Source: Candidatus Fermentibacteraceae bacterium
GTDB taxonomy: Bacteria > Fermentibacterota > Fermentibacteria > Fermentibacterales > JCC-6
Length of the DNA stretch: 64,000 bases
NCBI GenBank assembly: GCA_041750285.1
Contig: JBGSZS010000019.1
Location: 147,590 to 211,589 of the forward strand
Reading direction: 5' to 3'
The translations under genes were made by a program, and so were the position numbers. The notes beneath the pieces were generated by a model. It was given only the letters and a program-made list of their open reading frames with translations. It had not been told where the DNA came from and did no database searches. This document shows, piece after piece, positions 50,833-59,675 of this stretch; within the stretch, counting starts at the first letter, position 1, and every line of letters begins with the position of its first letter.

Positions 50833-51859
50833 CCGCCTTCCGGCGGTGATGGCGCTTCTTTGTATCCTGGCCGGTTGTGGTGCCGGTGAGGACGAAGCCG
50901 AGAGGGAGTCGCTCGAACCCTCCCCCCTGCCCGTGACCGCATCGATTGCACGGGTGGACACGCTCTACGAGGTGCTGAACGCCACCGGAAGGGTTGAAAG
51001 CCGCCGTTCCCAGACCCTGACGGCGCAGATACAGGGTCAGGTGATCCAGGCTCCCCCGTACGAAGGAGCTCCCTTTTCAGCGGGTGACGTGATCTTCAGG
51101 GTGTCGTCCGGCGAGTATTCTGCCAACCTGGCCGCCGCGGCCGGGGCCCACAGAAGCGCCCAGGTTCTCTACCAGTTCGAGTGTGACAATTATCAGGGCG
51201 AGTTGACAGAAGAGGTCAGGCAGATGCTCCGGCAGACGACCGGGCTCGACCAGGCCCAGGCAGCCCTGTCACGGGCGGGTACCCAGTACTCCAACAGCGC
51301 GATCCGGGCGGGATTCGACGGGGTGGTGGCCTCGGTGTCGGTCAGCGAGGGGATGACGGTTTACCCTGGAACGCTTCTGGGCGAGCTGGTTGACCCCCAG
51401 TCCCTCCAGGTCAGGGTGGAAATGGACGAAAGGCAGCTTGCGAGATGCGTACAGGGAAGCGCGGCCTTTGTGACCATTCCCTCGCTCGGTGACACAACGC
51501 TTGCCGGAACGGTTTTTTCCGTGTCTCCGGTTGTCGATCCATCCTACAGGGCAGGCACGGTGATGGTGGACCTTCCCTTCACCGATAACCTCAGGCCTGG
51601 TGCCACCGCGAGGGTCGAGATAGTTGTTTCCGAAAACCCAGGGGCGCTGGTTATTCCTGAAGAGGCGATTCTCATCAGAGACAACAGGACCATGGTCTTT
51701 CTTGTTGAGGACGGAAAGGCAAAATGGATCTACGTTACGGTGGGAGCCAGGGGGAGGGGAACGGTTTCCGTCACCGAGGGCATCAGCGAGGGTGATCAGG
51801 TGATCACTGGCGGTCACTATTCCCTTGCACACGATGCACCTGTGGCTGTGATGAACTGA
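50819..51859 (+). CDS. RND periplasmic adaptor (membrane fusion) lipoprotein
   Basis: RBS GGAGGAGG; lipobox LAG-C; IRAGFDGVV, LRPG, IPEEAI, GISEGDQVITGG. Confidence 0.92.
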   Translation: MKRFSRLPAVMALLCILAGCGAGEDEAERESLEPSPLPVTASIARVDTLYEVLNATGRVESRRSQTLTAQIQGQVIQAPPYEGAPFSAGDVIFRVSSGEYSANLAAAAGAHRSAQVLYQFECDNYQGELTEEVRQMLRQTTGLDQAQAALSRAGTQYSNSAIRAGFDGVVASVSVSEGMTVYPGTLLGELVDPQSLQVRVEMDERQLARCVQGSAAFVTIPSLGDTTLAGTVFSVSPVVDPSYRAGTVMVDLPFTDNLRPGATARVEIVVSENPGALVIPEEAILIRDNRTMVFLVEDGKAKWIYVTVGARGRGTVSVTEGISEGDQVITGGHYSLAHDAPVAVMN

Positions 51860-51919
51860 GTGGCGGATTAGTGGCAACCGAGGTTGGTCTTCACTCGACG
51901 GAAGCTGTATTTTCGCTCA

Positions 51920-54900
51920 ATGGAAGGTGACAAAGGGGTCTTTCGCAGGGAGGACTGGGAGTATCTCCTGGTTCAGATAGCGTCCGAAAGTGCCGGTGTG
52001 GATTTCTTCTCGTACAAGATGAACACGCTGCGCAGAAGGTACATGCGAAGGATGGCGGCCCGAAACCTTACCTCCCTGTCGGACTATGTTGCCATACTCG
52101 AGAAGAAACCCGAAGAAGCCTCCGAGCTGGCCTCTGATTTTCTCATCGGTGTCACATCCTTTTTCCGTGACCCTGAAGCCTTCAAGGTAATTGAACAGAA
52201 AGTGCTTCCCGGAATGTTCACAAGGGCCGCAGGTGAACCCGTACGGGTCTGGGTTGCGGGTTGTTCAAGGGGATACGAAGTCTACTCCCTTGCCATGCTT
52301 CTTCAGGATTACTGCCGAACCGTCGACAAAGGCGATTTCATTGTGTTCGCCACCGACATCTCCGAAGAGGCTGTTCACACAGCGTCAAAGGCAGCTTTCC
52401 GCCGGGAGACGGTAGACGCACTTCCGGAGAGGTTCCGTGGCATGGTTACCGAAACCTCCTCGGGCTACACTGTCATACCCGAGATCAGGCGCAGGCTGGT
52501 CTTCAACAGGCACGATCTTCTCGAGGACCCCCCATTTTCCCGAACCGACCTCGTAAGCTGCAGGAACCTTGTGATGTACCTGAAGGAGGAGAGCCAGCGG
52601 AAGGTTATGGGGCGGTTGCTTTTCAGCCTGAAGCAGGACGGTATCCTCTTCATGGGCAACGGAGAGAGCCCATCCGGTTTCAACGGGTGCCTCGAAGTCG
52701 TTGACGGCACCTGGAGGATATTCAGAAAATGCGCCGAACTGAATCAGCCCGTTGAATTCCTTTTCAGTGATTCCCCCAGGCGCCCGGGATCGGCACAGGC
52801 ATCCCCGCAGAGCGACACCTTTCGCGACAATCCCGGCCGCGGGCTCTCCCGGACCAGTTTTGACACCTGCCTTACACAGACTTTCGTCCCTCCCTGTCTG
52901 TTCGTAGACGAGTCATTCCAGCTGCTTCACCTTCACGGCGACCTGAACGAATTCCTCTCCATTCCGTCGGGTTTTCCCAATGTGGACCTTCTCACGATGC
53001 TTCCGCCCGAGTTTCGCGGAAGGGTGAGAGCCGGCGTCAGGGAGGTTCTTCGGGAAGGAACACCCGTGGAGATAAGGAACCTTCCCTGGCGCGAGGGTGG
53101 GGTCAACCTTGGCATTACAAGGGTGTCACCCGCGGGGATGGGGGGAGTGTGCCTTGTCACCTTCACTCCCGGCTTCGCCCCTTTCATGAAGGTCGTCGAC
53201 AACGCCGTGCTGTCGTCAGACGCGAAAAGCAGGATCGAAGACCTCGAAAACCAGCTTGATTCCCTTGAACAGGAACTCAGGCTTGTCCGCGACGACCTGG
53301 CCAACCGCACCGGCGAGCTGCAGGCGGCCAACGAGGAACTTCTCACGGGCGGCGAGGAGATAAGGAGCACCAACGAGGAGCTTCAGGCCATCAACGAAGA
53401 GCTTCTTTCGGCGAATGAGGAGTTGAAATCGAGGAACCAGCAGCTCTCCGAACTTCACAGCGACATGGGCAACCTGCTGAGAAGCCTCGATGTTTCGGCC
53501 ATCTTCCTTGGAACCGACCTCAGGATCAGGAAATTCAACGAGGCAGCCCGGCTCTTCTTCCGGTTCGATGAAAAGGACAGCGGCCGGGTGATTACCGACA
53601 TAGCCTCGAACCTCTCTGGAAGCTGCATAACCGATATTCTGGACAGGGTGGACCGGGTAATGGCCCGGGGTGGCTCCGACCAGTGGGAACTCAACGCGGG
53701 TGAGCTGGGCTGGTTTCTGGCCAAGGCAACACCGCACAGGGATGAAAAGGGCGCGCTGACAGGAACCATCCTGAGCTTCGTCGACGTGACGGGGCTCAAG
53801 AATGCCGAGAACATGCTTCGCGGGCTCGAACGCAGGCTTCGCCGAACCCACTCGATGGCCATGGTGGGTTGTTGGGACTTCGTTCCCGACAGCGGACTGA
53901 TAATGCTCACCTCTGATACGAGGGCCATCCTCGGTTGGGAGGAGAACAGCGACAGCATACCCTTCACCGATTTCTGCAGGCTTTTCCGCGACCAGTCCGG
54001 GCTTCAGGTGGCCTTCAACGATCTGATCTATTCCCGGGCGAAAATGGACTTCTCCACCGTGACTGCACGTGACGGAACCCGTCACGTGCGGCTCGTCGCC
54101 GAACTCGAGTACGATAGCCGTGGAGAACCGGTCAGGATATCGGGCGCGGTTCAGGACGTTACGGGCATCATGGAGGTCAGGCGAAGGATGGAGGATGCCC
54201 ACGACTACCTGAAGCGAATTCAGAACGCGGCTGCCCTTGGAGGCTTTCGCATGGAGTGGGACACCATGACCGGCCTTTCCAGGGTCGACCTTTCTGCTGA
54301 GGCCTGCGGGATCCTCGGGATAGAACAGAGAGCCGATCAAGGGGTGCACCTCAGAGAGATCGTCTCGATCGAGGAATGGGAGAAGATTCAAGAGGTTCTT
54401 CGCGAGTCTGCGCAAAACGGCAGGACAGCCGAAGTCGACTTTTCCCTCTCAGGCGGCGACAATGCAAGAAAGAGGGTTTTCCGGCTCAGGGCCGCCAGTG
54501 AGAGCAGAAACGAAAGGCTCATGCAGACCACCGGTGTGATCATGGATGTCACTGGTCTCAGGCAGATCGAACAGGAACTGCATCATTCCGAGAAGCTCAG
54601 ATCGGTGGGAGAGCTTGCCGGGGGTGTCGCCCATGATTTCAACAATCAGCTCATGGGAATCGTCGGTTACGCCGAGGGGATATTGAGGCGCGTCGAGGAT
54701 CCCGAGATCCAACGGATGATCCAGGGCATACTGAAAGCCTCGGAAAGGTCGGCCGACCTCATCAGACAGCTCCTTGCCTTCAGCCGGAAGGGAATGAGCG
54801 TCGTTTCCGTCGTTGACCTTAACAAGGTGGCGACCGATGTGCTTTCCATGGTGGAACGAAGCATAGACCGCAGGATCGAGATCAGATACATGCTGAACGC

Positions 54901-55687
54901 CGAGCTGACGACTATTTTCGGTGACGAGTCCCAGCTCAACAACGCCATCCTCAACCTCGTCCTGAACTCCCGCGACGCAATTGCCGGAAAAGGATTCATC
55001 TGCGTCTCCACCAGGAATCTTCCCGCGTCCGGCGACTCCGGGCGGCCCGGTTACGTCGAGTTGATAGTTGAGGACAACGGCAGGGGCATGGAACCTGCGG
55101 TTGTTGAGAGGGCGTTCGAGCCTTTCTTCACCACCAAGCCCGTAGGCCACGGCACTGGAATGGGACTTTCCGCAGTGTATGGTACTGTTAACGCTCATAG
55201 AGGACAAATAAATATACAGTCTGAACCGGGCAAGGGAACCAAAGTGACGATGGTCTTCCCCCTGTCCCCCTCCGACTCCATGGTCGCTGACGAGCCCTGC
55301 ACCGAGCCCGTTCCTGTTGGCGTTACAGCCCGTATTCTCGTTGTGGACGACGAGGAGATGGTAAGGGGAATCCTCGCCGACCTGCTCATCGCGGGTGGGT
55401 ACCATGTCCTCACCGCCGCCGACGGCGAGAACGCTCTCAGGGTTTTCCGGCGCGATCCCGAAGCGGTCGACCTGGTTCTGATGGACATGACCATGCCCAG
55501 GATGAACGGTCTTGACGCTTTCCTTGAGATGAAGAAGCTGAAACCATCGGTCAGGGTGATGATCCTTTCGGGGCACAGCGCCGCAGGGACCGCACATGAG
55601 CTTCGCCGCCACGGGATCCGTGGGGTCCTTCAGAAACCCATCACGGCAAGATCACTGCTTGAAGCGGTGTCAGCCGCCCTTTCCTGA
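51920..55687 (+). CDS. CheR-type methyltransferase-PAS-coiled-coil-PAS-hybrid histidine kinase
   Basis: IGVTSFFRD, RVWVAGCS, FATDI, DLVSCRNL; ELQAANEEL repeats; GGVAHDFNN, FEPFFTTK, GTGMGL; REC domain VVDDE..LMDMTMP..KP. Confidence 0.92.
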   Translation: MEGDKGVFRREDWEYLLVQIASESAGVDFFSYKMNTLRRRYMRRMAARNLTSLSDYVAILEKKPEEASELASDFLIGVTSFFRDPEAFKVIEQKVLPGMFTRAAGEPVRVWVAGCSRGYEVYSLAMLLQDYCRTVDKGDFIVFATDISEEAVHTASKAAFRRETVDALPERFRGMVTETSSGYTVIPEIRRRLVFNRHDLLEDPPFSRTDLVSCRNLVMYLKEESQRKVMGRLLFSLKQDGILFMGNGESPSGFNGCLEVVDGTWRIFRKCAELNQPVEFLFSDSPRRPGSAQASPQSDTFRDNPGRGLSRTSFDTCLTQTFVPPCLFVDESFQLLHLHGDLNEFLSIPSGFPNVDLLTMLPPEFRGRVRAGVREVLREGTPVEIRNLPWREGGVNLGITRVSPAGMGGVCLVTFTPGFAPFMKVVDNAVLSSDAKSRIEDLENQLDSLEQELRLVRDDLANRTGELQAANEELLTGGEEIRSTNEELQAINEELLSANEELKSRNQQLSELHSDMGNLLRSLDVSAIFLGTDLRIRKFNEAARLFFRFDEKDSGRVITDIASNLSGSCITDILDRVDRVMARGGSDQWELNAGELGWFLAKATPHRDEKGALTGTILSFVDVTGLKNAENMLRGLERRLRRTHSMAMVGCWDFVPDSGLIMLTSDTRAILGWEENSDSIPFTDFCRLFRDQSGLQVAFNDLIYSRAKMDFSTVTARDGTRHVRLVAELEYDSRGEPVRISGAVQDVTGIMEVRRRMEDAHDYLKRIQNAAALGGFRMEWDTMTGLSRVDLSAEACGILGIEQRADQGVHLREIVSIEEWEKIQEVLRESAQNGRTAEVDFSLSGGDNARKRVFRLRAASESRNERLMQTTGVIMDVTGLRQIEQELHHSEKLRSVGELAGGVAHDFNNQLMGIVGYAEGILRRVEDPEIQRMIQGILKASERSADLIRQLLAFSRKGMSVVSVVDLNKVATDVLSMVERSIDRRIEIRYMLNAELTTIFGDESQLNNAILNLVLNSRDAIAGKGFICVSTRNLPASGDSGRPGYVELIVEDNGRGMEPAVVERAFEPFFTTKPVGHGTGMGLSAVYGTVNAHRGQINIQSEPGKGTKVTMVFPLSPSDSMVADEPCTEPVPVGVTARILVVDDEEMVRGILADLLIAGGYHVLTAADGENALRVFRRDPEAVDLVLMDMTMPRMNGLDAFLEMKKLKPSVRVMILSGHSAAGTAHELRRHGIRGVLQKPITARSLLEAVSAALS

Positions 55688-55738
55688 CTGCAGGCCCAGT
55701 GATTGCATCCGCTTGAGGCAGGGTTTTCCCGCCCCGGG

Positions 55739-55765
55739 TGTAACATATTCAAGAGTCGCTCCGTC
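55739..55765 (+). promoter_or_regulatory. Putative ECF sigma-dependent (autoregulatory) promoter
   Basis: TGTAAC-N17-CGTC, matching the general ECF AAC/CGT pattern, just upstream of the DUF6249-ECF operon. Confidence 0.6.
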
Positions 55766-55796
55766 AGTATGTCAGGCAACCCTGAAAGGAGCAGTC

Positions 55797-56201
55797 ATGG
55801 AAGGTGATTTGTTGCTGGTTCCCATTCTCGGTATCGTCTTTGGAGTGGGCGCCCCTATGCTTGCGGTGATCCTGGCGACCTACTACGCCCACAGGTCCAA
55901 GGTCGCAAAGTACGAAACGGTGAAGAAAGCGCTGGAGGGAAACCTTTCTCCGGAACAGGTCGACCAGCTCGTCAAATCCCTGGGGAGCACCACGGCACCC
56001 GCACCGGTCAATCCACGCAAAAAAGGCCTCACCAATGGCATCATCCTTCTCAGCATCTCCCTTGCCATATTTGCAGGGTCGATGGTGATGGGCTATACCA
56101 AGGGGTTCATCCTCGCAGCGCTCGTGCTGGGATTCCTGGGGATCGCCAACCTCATCATTGCTTTCTTTGTCCAGAAGGATGACGGTGGAGACCGCCGGTG
56201 A
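55797..56201 (+). CDS. DUF6249-like membrane protein
   Basis: RBS AAGGAG; N-terminal TM, KKALEG, LTNGIILLSISLA and two further TM helices; precedes an ECF sigma gene. Confidence 0.75.
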   Translation: MEGDLLLVPILGIVFGVGAPMLAVILATYYAHRSKVAKYETVKKALEGNLSPEQVDQLVKSLGSTTAPAPVNPRKKGLTNGIILLSISLAIFAGSMVMGYTKGFILAALVLGFLGIANLIIAFFVQKDDGGDRR

Positions 56202-56749
56202 TCTCAGAGCATGCGCTTGGTCTGGTTACAATGGCACGGGATGGCAGTTCCCAGGCGTTCGAGGCCCTGGTGAAGGAGTACTGCGGGCTGGTTCATTCAC
56301 TTGCCTTCCGAATGACCGGAGACGCTCACCTGGCGGAAGACATGAGCCAGGAGACCTTCACCAGGGTCTGGCAGAAGATCCGAAGCCTCAGGGATCCCGT
56401 GTCATTTCCGGGATGGCTCGTGAGCATCACCCGGCGGATCTGTCTGGACGAACTGGAAAAACGCAACCGAAGGATGGAGGCTGGTGGAGAGGAACTCCTT
56501 CTCGAGAATGCCAACCCGACCATGCCTCCGGATTTCGACGGGAAACGGCGCATACTGGAGGAAGCCATGGCGCTGCTGCCCATGAGGGACCGCCAGCTGC
56601 TCACTCTCTCATACCATCGGGATCTTTCCTCGGATGAAGTGGGTATAATCCTGGGCATGTCACCCGGAACGGTACGGGTGGGGCTTCACAGGGCCCGGGA
56701 GAGGCTTTGCGGTCTACTGAAGGGAAAAGAAGATGAACTCCTCGCATAG
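56198..56749 (+). CDS. ECF-family RNA polymerase sigma factor
   Basis: AFEALV..Y, AEDMSQETF, F.GWL..I, LSSDEVG.ILG...GTVRVGLHRAR. Confidence 0.93.
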   Translation: MISEHALGLVTMARDGSSQAFEALVKEYCGLVHSLAFRMTGDAHLAEDMSQETFTRVWQKIRSLRDPVSFPGWLVSITRRICLDELEKRNRRMEAGGEELLLENANPTMPPDFDGKRRILEEAMALLPMRDRQLLTLSYHRDLSSDEVGIILGMSPGTVRVGLHRARERLCGLLKGKEDELLA

Positions 56750-57107
56750 CGGCAGCGGGAAGCTGGAAGAGATGATGGACTTCCTGCTCACCGAATCCGT
56801 CTCACCTCATGCGATTCCCGGGGGCACCGCAGAGATGATCGCCCTGAAGGCCCAGATCCTCAGAAAACCGTCCTTCCCCCTGTACCGGATTGCCGTTGTC
56901 GTGGTCGCCGCCGCGTTTGCGGCCCTTTTTGCCGCATCGAACGTTGACAGGCTCTCCTGGCTTTTCGAACTTGCGTCCCTCAAACCGTTTGAAAGCCTCG
57001 TCAATTCTTTGGCGTCCATCAGTTTCGAGCGTGCAGCCGCCGCTCTGGCGGTGACTGGCGGCCTGGTATACACGGTTTTCACGATCGCTTTCCCAAGGGC
57101 CAGATAA
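56733..57107 (+). CDS. Membrane protein, possible anti-sigma factor
   Basis: Overlaps the sigma gene's 3' end; short cytoplasmic N-terminus plus two hydrophobic segments. Confidence 0.6.
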   Translation: MNSSHSGSGKLEEMMDFLLTESVSPHAIPGGTAEMIALKAQILRKPSFPLYRIAVVVVAAAFAALFAASNVDRLSWLFELASLKPFESLVNSLASISFERAAAALAVTGGLVYTVFTIAFPRAR

Positions 57108-57125
57108 CTCCCCGGAGGTAGCTCG

Positions 57126-59147
57126 ATGTTCAGGTGCTCAATCGTTCTTTTCGTGGTCGCTCTGTTTCTCGGATGCGGTAACGAACCTTCCGATCCTACC
57201 GTCGCCGGTCTTCCCGAGCCCGGGCATGTCGCAAGTCCCGGCGCGGAAAGCCTCATCCCGAGGGAAGTGCTTTTCGGCAACCCTGAGCGGGTTGGCCCCC
57301 AGCTCTCCCCAGACGGGCGCACGATAGCCTACATCGCTCCGGCAGATGGAGTCCTGAACCTCTGGCTCATGGATGCAACGGGAGGATCCCCACGGCAGCT
57401 CACCTTCGACGAAGACCGAGGGGTCATGGATTTTCAGTGGGCCGAGAACGGAAGGCACATCCTCTACATGCAGGACGAGGCCTGCGAAGAGAACACCCAC
57501 GTCTACAGGATCACTGTCGGGACGGGAGAGGTTCTTGACCTGACGCCCTACCCCGGCGTGAAGGCCTACGTGTCCGATTCGAATCCGAAGTTCCCGGACA
57601 TGGTGCTCATCGAGATGAACAAGGACAACAGGATGTTCTTCGATGTCTACAGGTGTGACCTCAACACAGGCGAGCTCGAGATGGCCGTGGACAATCCCGG
57701 GACAACCCCCGGAGGCGAAATGGTCCTTGGCTATTCAGCCGACAGGAACCTCGACATAAGGCTTCAGGTTACCATCCACCCCGAGACCGGCTTCATCTCC
57801 GTTCTTCACCGATGGGATGAGGATTCGGAGTGGGAACTGCTCAAATCCTTCTCCAGCGAGGACCAGTGGTATCCCGAAAGGTTCACCGAGGACGGTACGG
57901 GACTCTTCGTCCGTTCCAATCTCGATGGCGACAAGGCGGGACTTTTTCTTTTCGACATCGCTTCGGGTACCGAGACCCTCGTTGTTGCAGACTCCTCCTC
58001 GGACATAGGCGGAGTGAGCTTTGATCCATTCACGGGTGAGCCCAGGGCAGCAGCATTCTACTACCTCAGAAGAACGCTCCATGTGCTTGACCCATCCATC
58101 GAGCCAGACATCCGCTTCCTTTCGGAACTCCGTGACGGGGATTTCTCAACGGTTTCCCGTGACAGCGCCGACTCGACCTGGATAGTTGCCTACAGTACGA
58201 TAGACAACCCTGCGGTGTACTACGTCTACGACCGCAGGAACAATGAGGCCCGTGAGCTCTTCACCGCCATCCCCGCACTGGATGAGTATGAACTCAGGCC
58301 GATGGAGGGCGTCGAGATAACGTCGCGGGACGGTCTGGTACTGCCTTCCTACGTCACCACACCCGATCCGGAAAGGTACGGCGAAGGTCCCTGGCCCACC
58401 ATAATGATGGTCCACGGCGGACCCTGGTACCGCGACTACTACGGTTTCGATCCGTTCTCACAGCTTTTCGCCGACCGCGGCTTCGCGGTTCTGCAGGTCA
58501 ATTTCCGTGGCAGCACGGGCTTTGGCAAGGCTTTCCTCAACGCCGCCAACAAGGAATGGGGCGCCGCGATGCAGGACGACATCACCGACGGCGTTCAATG
58601 GGCCGTTGAACAGGGTATTGCAGACCCTGACCGGGTCGTCATCCTGGGTGGTTCGTACGGTGGTTACGCCGCCCTTGCCGGGGCTGTCTTCACTCCCGAC
58701 ATCTACTGTGCAGTGGTGGACTTCTTCGGCCCCTCCAACCTCGTGACCTTCATCGAGACCATTCCGCCCTATTGGAAGCCGATGCTTGCCATGATGAACA
58801 TCAGGGTGGGAGACATCGAAGACGAGGCGGACAGGGCGATGCTGGAGGACCGATCTCCGCTCAACCACGTGCAGAACATCACTGTGCCGATCTTCATCGC
58901 ACAGGGCGCAAATGATCCGAGAGTAGTGCAGGCCGAGAGCGACCAGATGGTTGAAGCGCTGCGCTCCATGGGCACTCCCGTTGTCTACATCCTCTACACC
59001 AACGAGGGTCATGGCTTCGTGCACGAAGAGAACAGGCTCGATTTCGCAGGTCGCGTCGAGGAGTTCCTCTACCTTTCCGTTCCCGGTCCCGGCATCGAGT
59101 GCGAGCTCTTTACCCCTCCCGCTGACGCCGCCGTGGAGATCAGGTAA
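57126..59147 (+). CDS. S9 family (dipeptidyl/acylaminoacyl) peptidase, lipoprotein
   Basis: Lipobox FLG-C; LIPREVLFGNP, VHGGPW, NFRGSTGFG, GGSYGG, GANDPRV, EGHGF. Confidence 0.93.
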   Translation: MFRCSIVLFVVALFLGCGNEPSDPTVAGLPEPGHVASPGAESLIPREVLFGNPERVGPQLSPDGRTIAYIAPADGVLNLWLMDATGGSPRQLTFDEDRGVMDFQWAENGRHILYMQDEACEENTHVYRITVGTGEVLDLTPYPGVKAYVSDSNPKFPDMVLIEMNKDNRMFFDVYRCDLNTGELEMAVDNPGTTPGGEMVLGYSADRNLDIRLQVTIHPETGFISVLHRWDEDSEWELLKSFSSEDQWYPERFTEDGTGLFVRSNLDGDKAGLFLFDIASGTETLVVADSSSDIGGVSFDPFTGEPRAAAFYYLRRTLHVLDPSIEPDIRFLSELRDGDFSTVSRDSADSTWIVAYSTIDNPAVYYVYDRRNNEARELFTAIPALDEYELRPMEGVEITSRDGLVLPSYVTTPDPERYGEGPWPTIMMVHGGPWYRDYYGFDPFSQLFADRGFAVLQVNFRGSTGFGKAFLNAANKEWGAAMQDDITDGVQWAVEQGIADPDRVVILGGSYGGYAALAGAVFTPDIYCAVVDFFGPSNLVTFIETIPPYWKPMLAMMNIRVGDIEDEADRAMLEDRSPLNHVQNITVPIFIAQGANDPRVVQAESDQMVEALRSMGTPVVYILYTNEGHGFVHEENRLDFAGRVEEFLYLSVPGPGIECELFTPPADAAVEIR

Positions 59148-59297
59148 GGGGACGGACTTAGATAACTTAGTTTGTTGAGGTAACGTATTGGTTGCCATGC
59201 AATTGAGTATTCTGTGACTGTAAAGAAGTGCACAGAACACATGCTATTGCACGGCAACGACTTGTCTCAACAAACTAAGTTATCTAAGTCCGTCCCC
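59148..59297. mobile_element. 150-bp MITE/REPIN-like element with perfect 32-bp terminal inverted repeats and TAA flanks
   Basis: GGGGACGGACTTAGATAACTTAGTTTGTTGAG (59148-59179) and its exact reverse complement (59266-59297). TAA lies at 59145-59147 and 59298-59300. AT-rich, with internal arms also pairing. Confidence 0.75.
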
Positions 59298-59614
59298 TAA
59301 AAGGTATAAAGGGTGACGGTGGGGGATTGGACTGGCTCAACGGGGTATGCGGTGAAAGCCTGATCAGAGCAGAAGCAGTTGTAGATCAAGGGTTTCTGGG
59401 GATTGGGCCCCAGGGTTGCCCTGCTGCCCTGGTCGACTGCGGCAGCCCTCAGGGATGCCAGGGAATTGGAGAAATCGAAGAAGGACCTTCCGGGTCTCCA
59501 GGGTTTTGCGAGAGACGGGCTGTCGGTCTGGGAGTTGAGAGAGTTCAGCCCCGGAGCATCACTTGACGCCAGAAGCAACGATGCTGCTATCAACATCAAA
59601 GTTAGTGAACGCAT
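59297..59614 (-). CDS. Small hypothetical exported protein (possibly truncated by the adjacent element)
   Basis: Signal-peptide-like MRSLTLMLIAASLLLAS; its TAG stop overlaps the end of the inverted repeat. Confidence 0.45.
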   Translation of the reverse strand: MRSLTLMLIAASLLLASSDAPGLNSLNSQTDSPSLAKPWRPGRSFFDFSNSLASLRAAAVDQGSRATLGPNPQKPLIYNCFCSDQAFTAYPVEPVQSPTVTLYTF

Positions 59615-59675
59615 TTTCCCACCGCTTTCCGGGCCCCTCCACCCGGCTGCAGACTAACACCAAACCTGATCGATG

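Noticed and set aside
53310..53430. Repeated AACGAGGA/AACGAAGA units
   Set aside because: They encode the NEEL heptads of the kinase coiled coil and are not an independent DNA repeat.
59148..59297. Hairpin element as an integron attC, Xer dif site, CRISPR unit or Tn3 remnant
   Set aside because: No RYYYAAC/GTTRRRY ends, only weak similarity to Xer arms (ATAA core), no direct-repeat/spacer array, and no 5-bp target duplication despite the GGGG ends.
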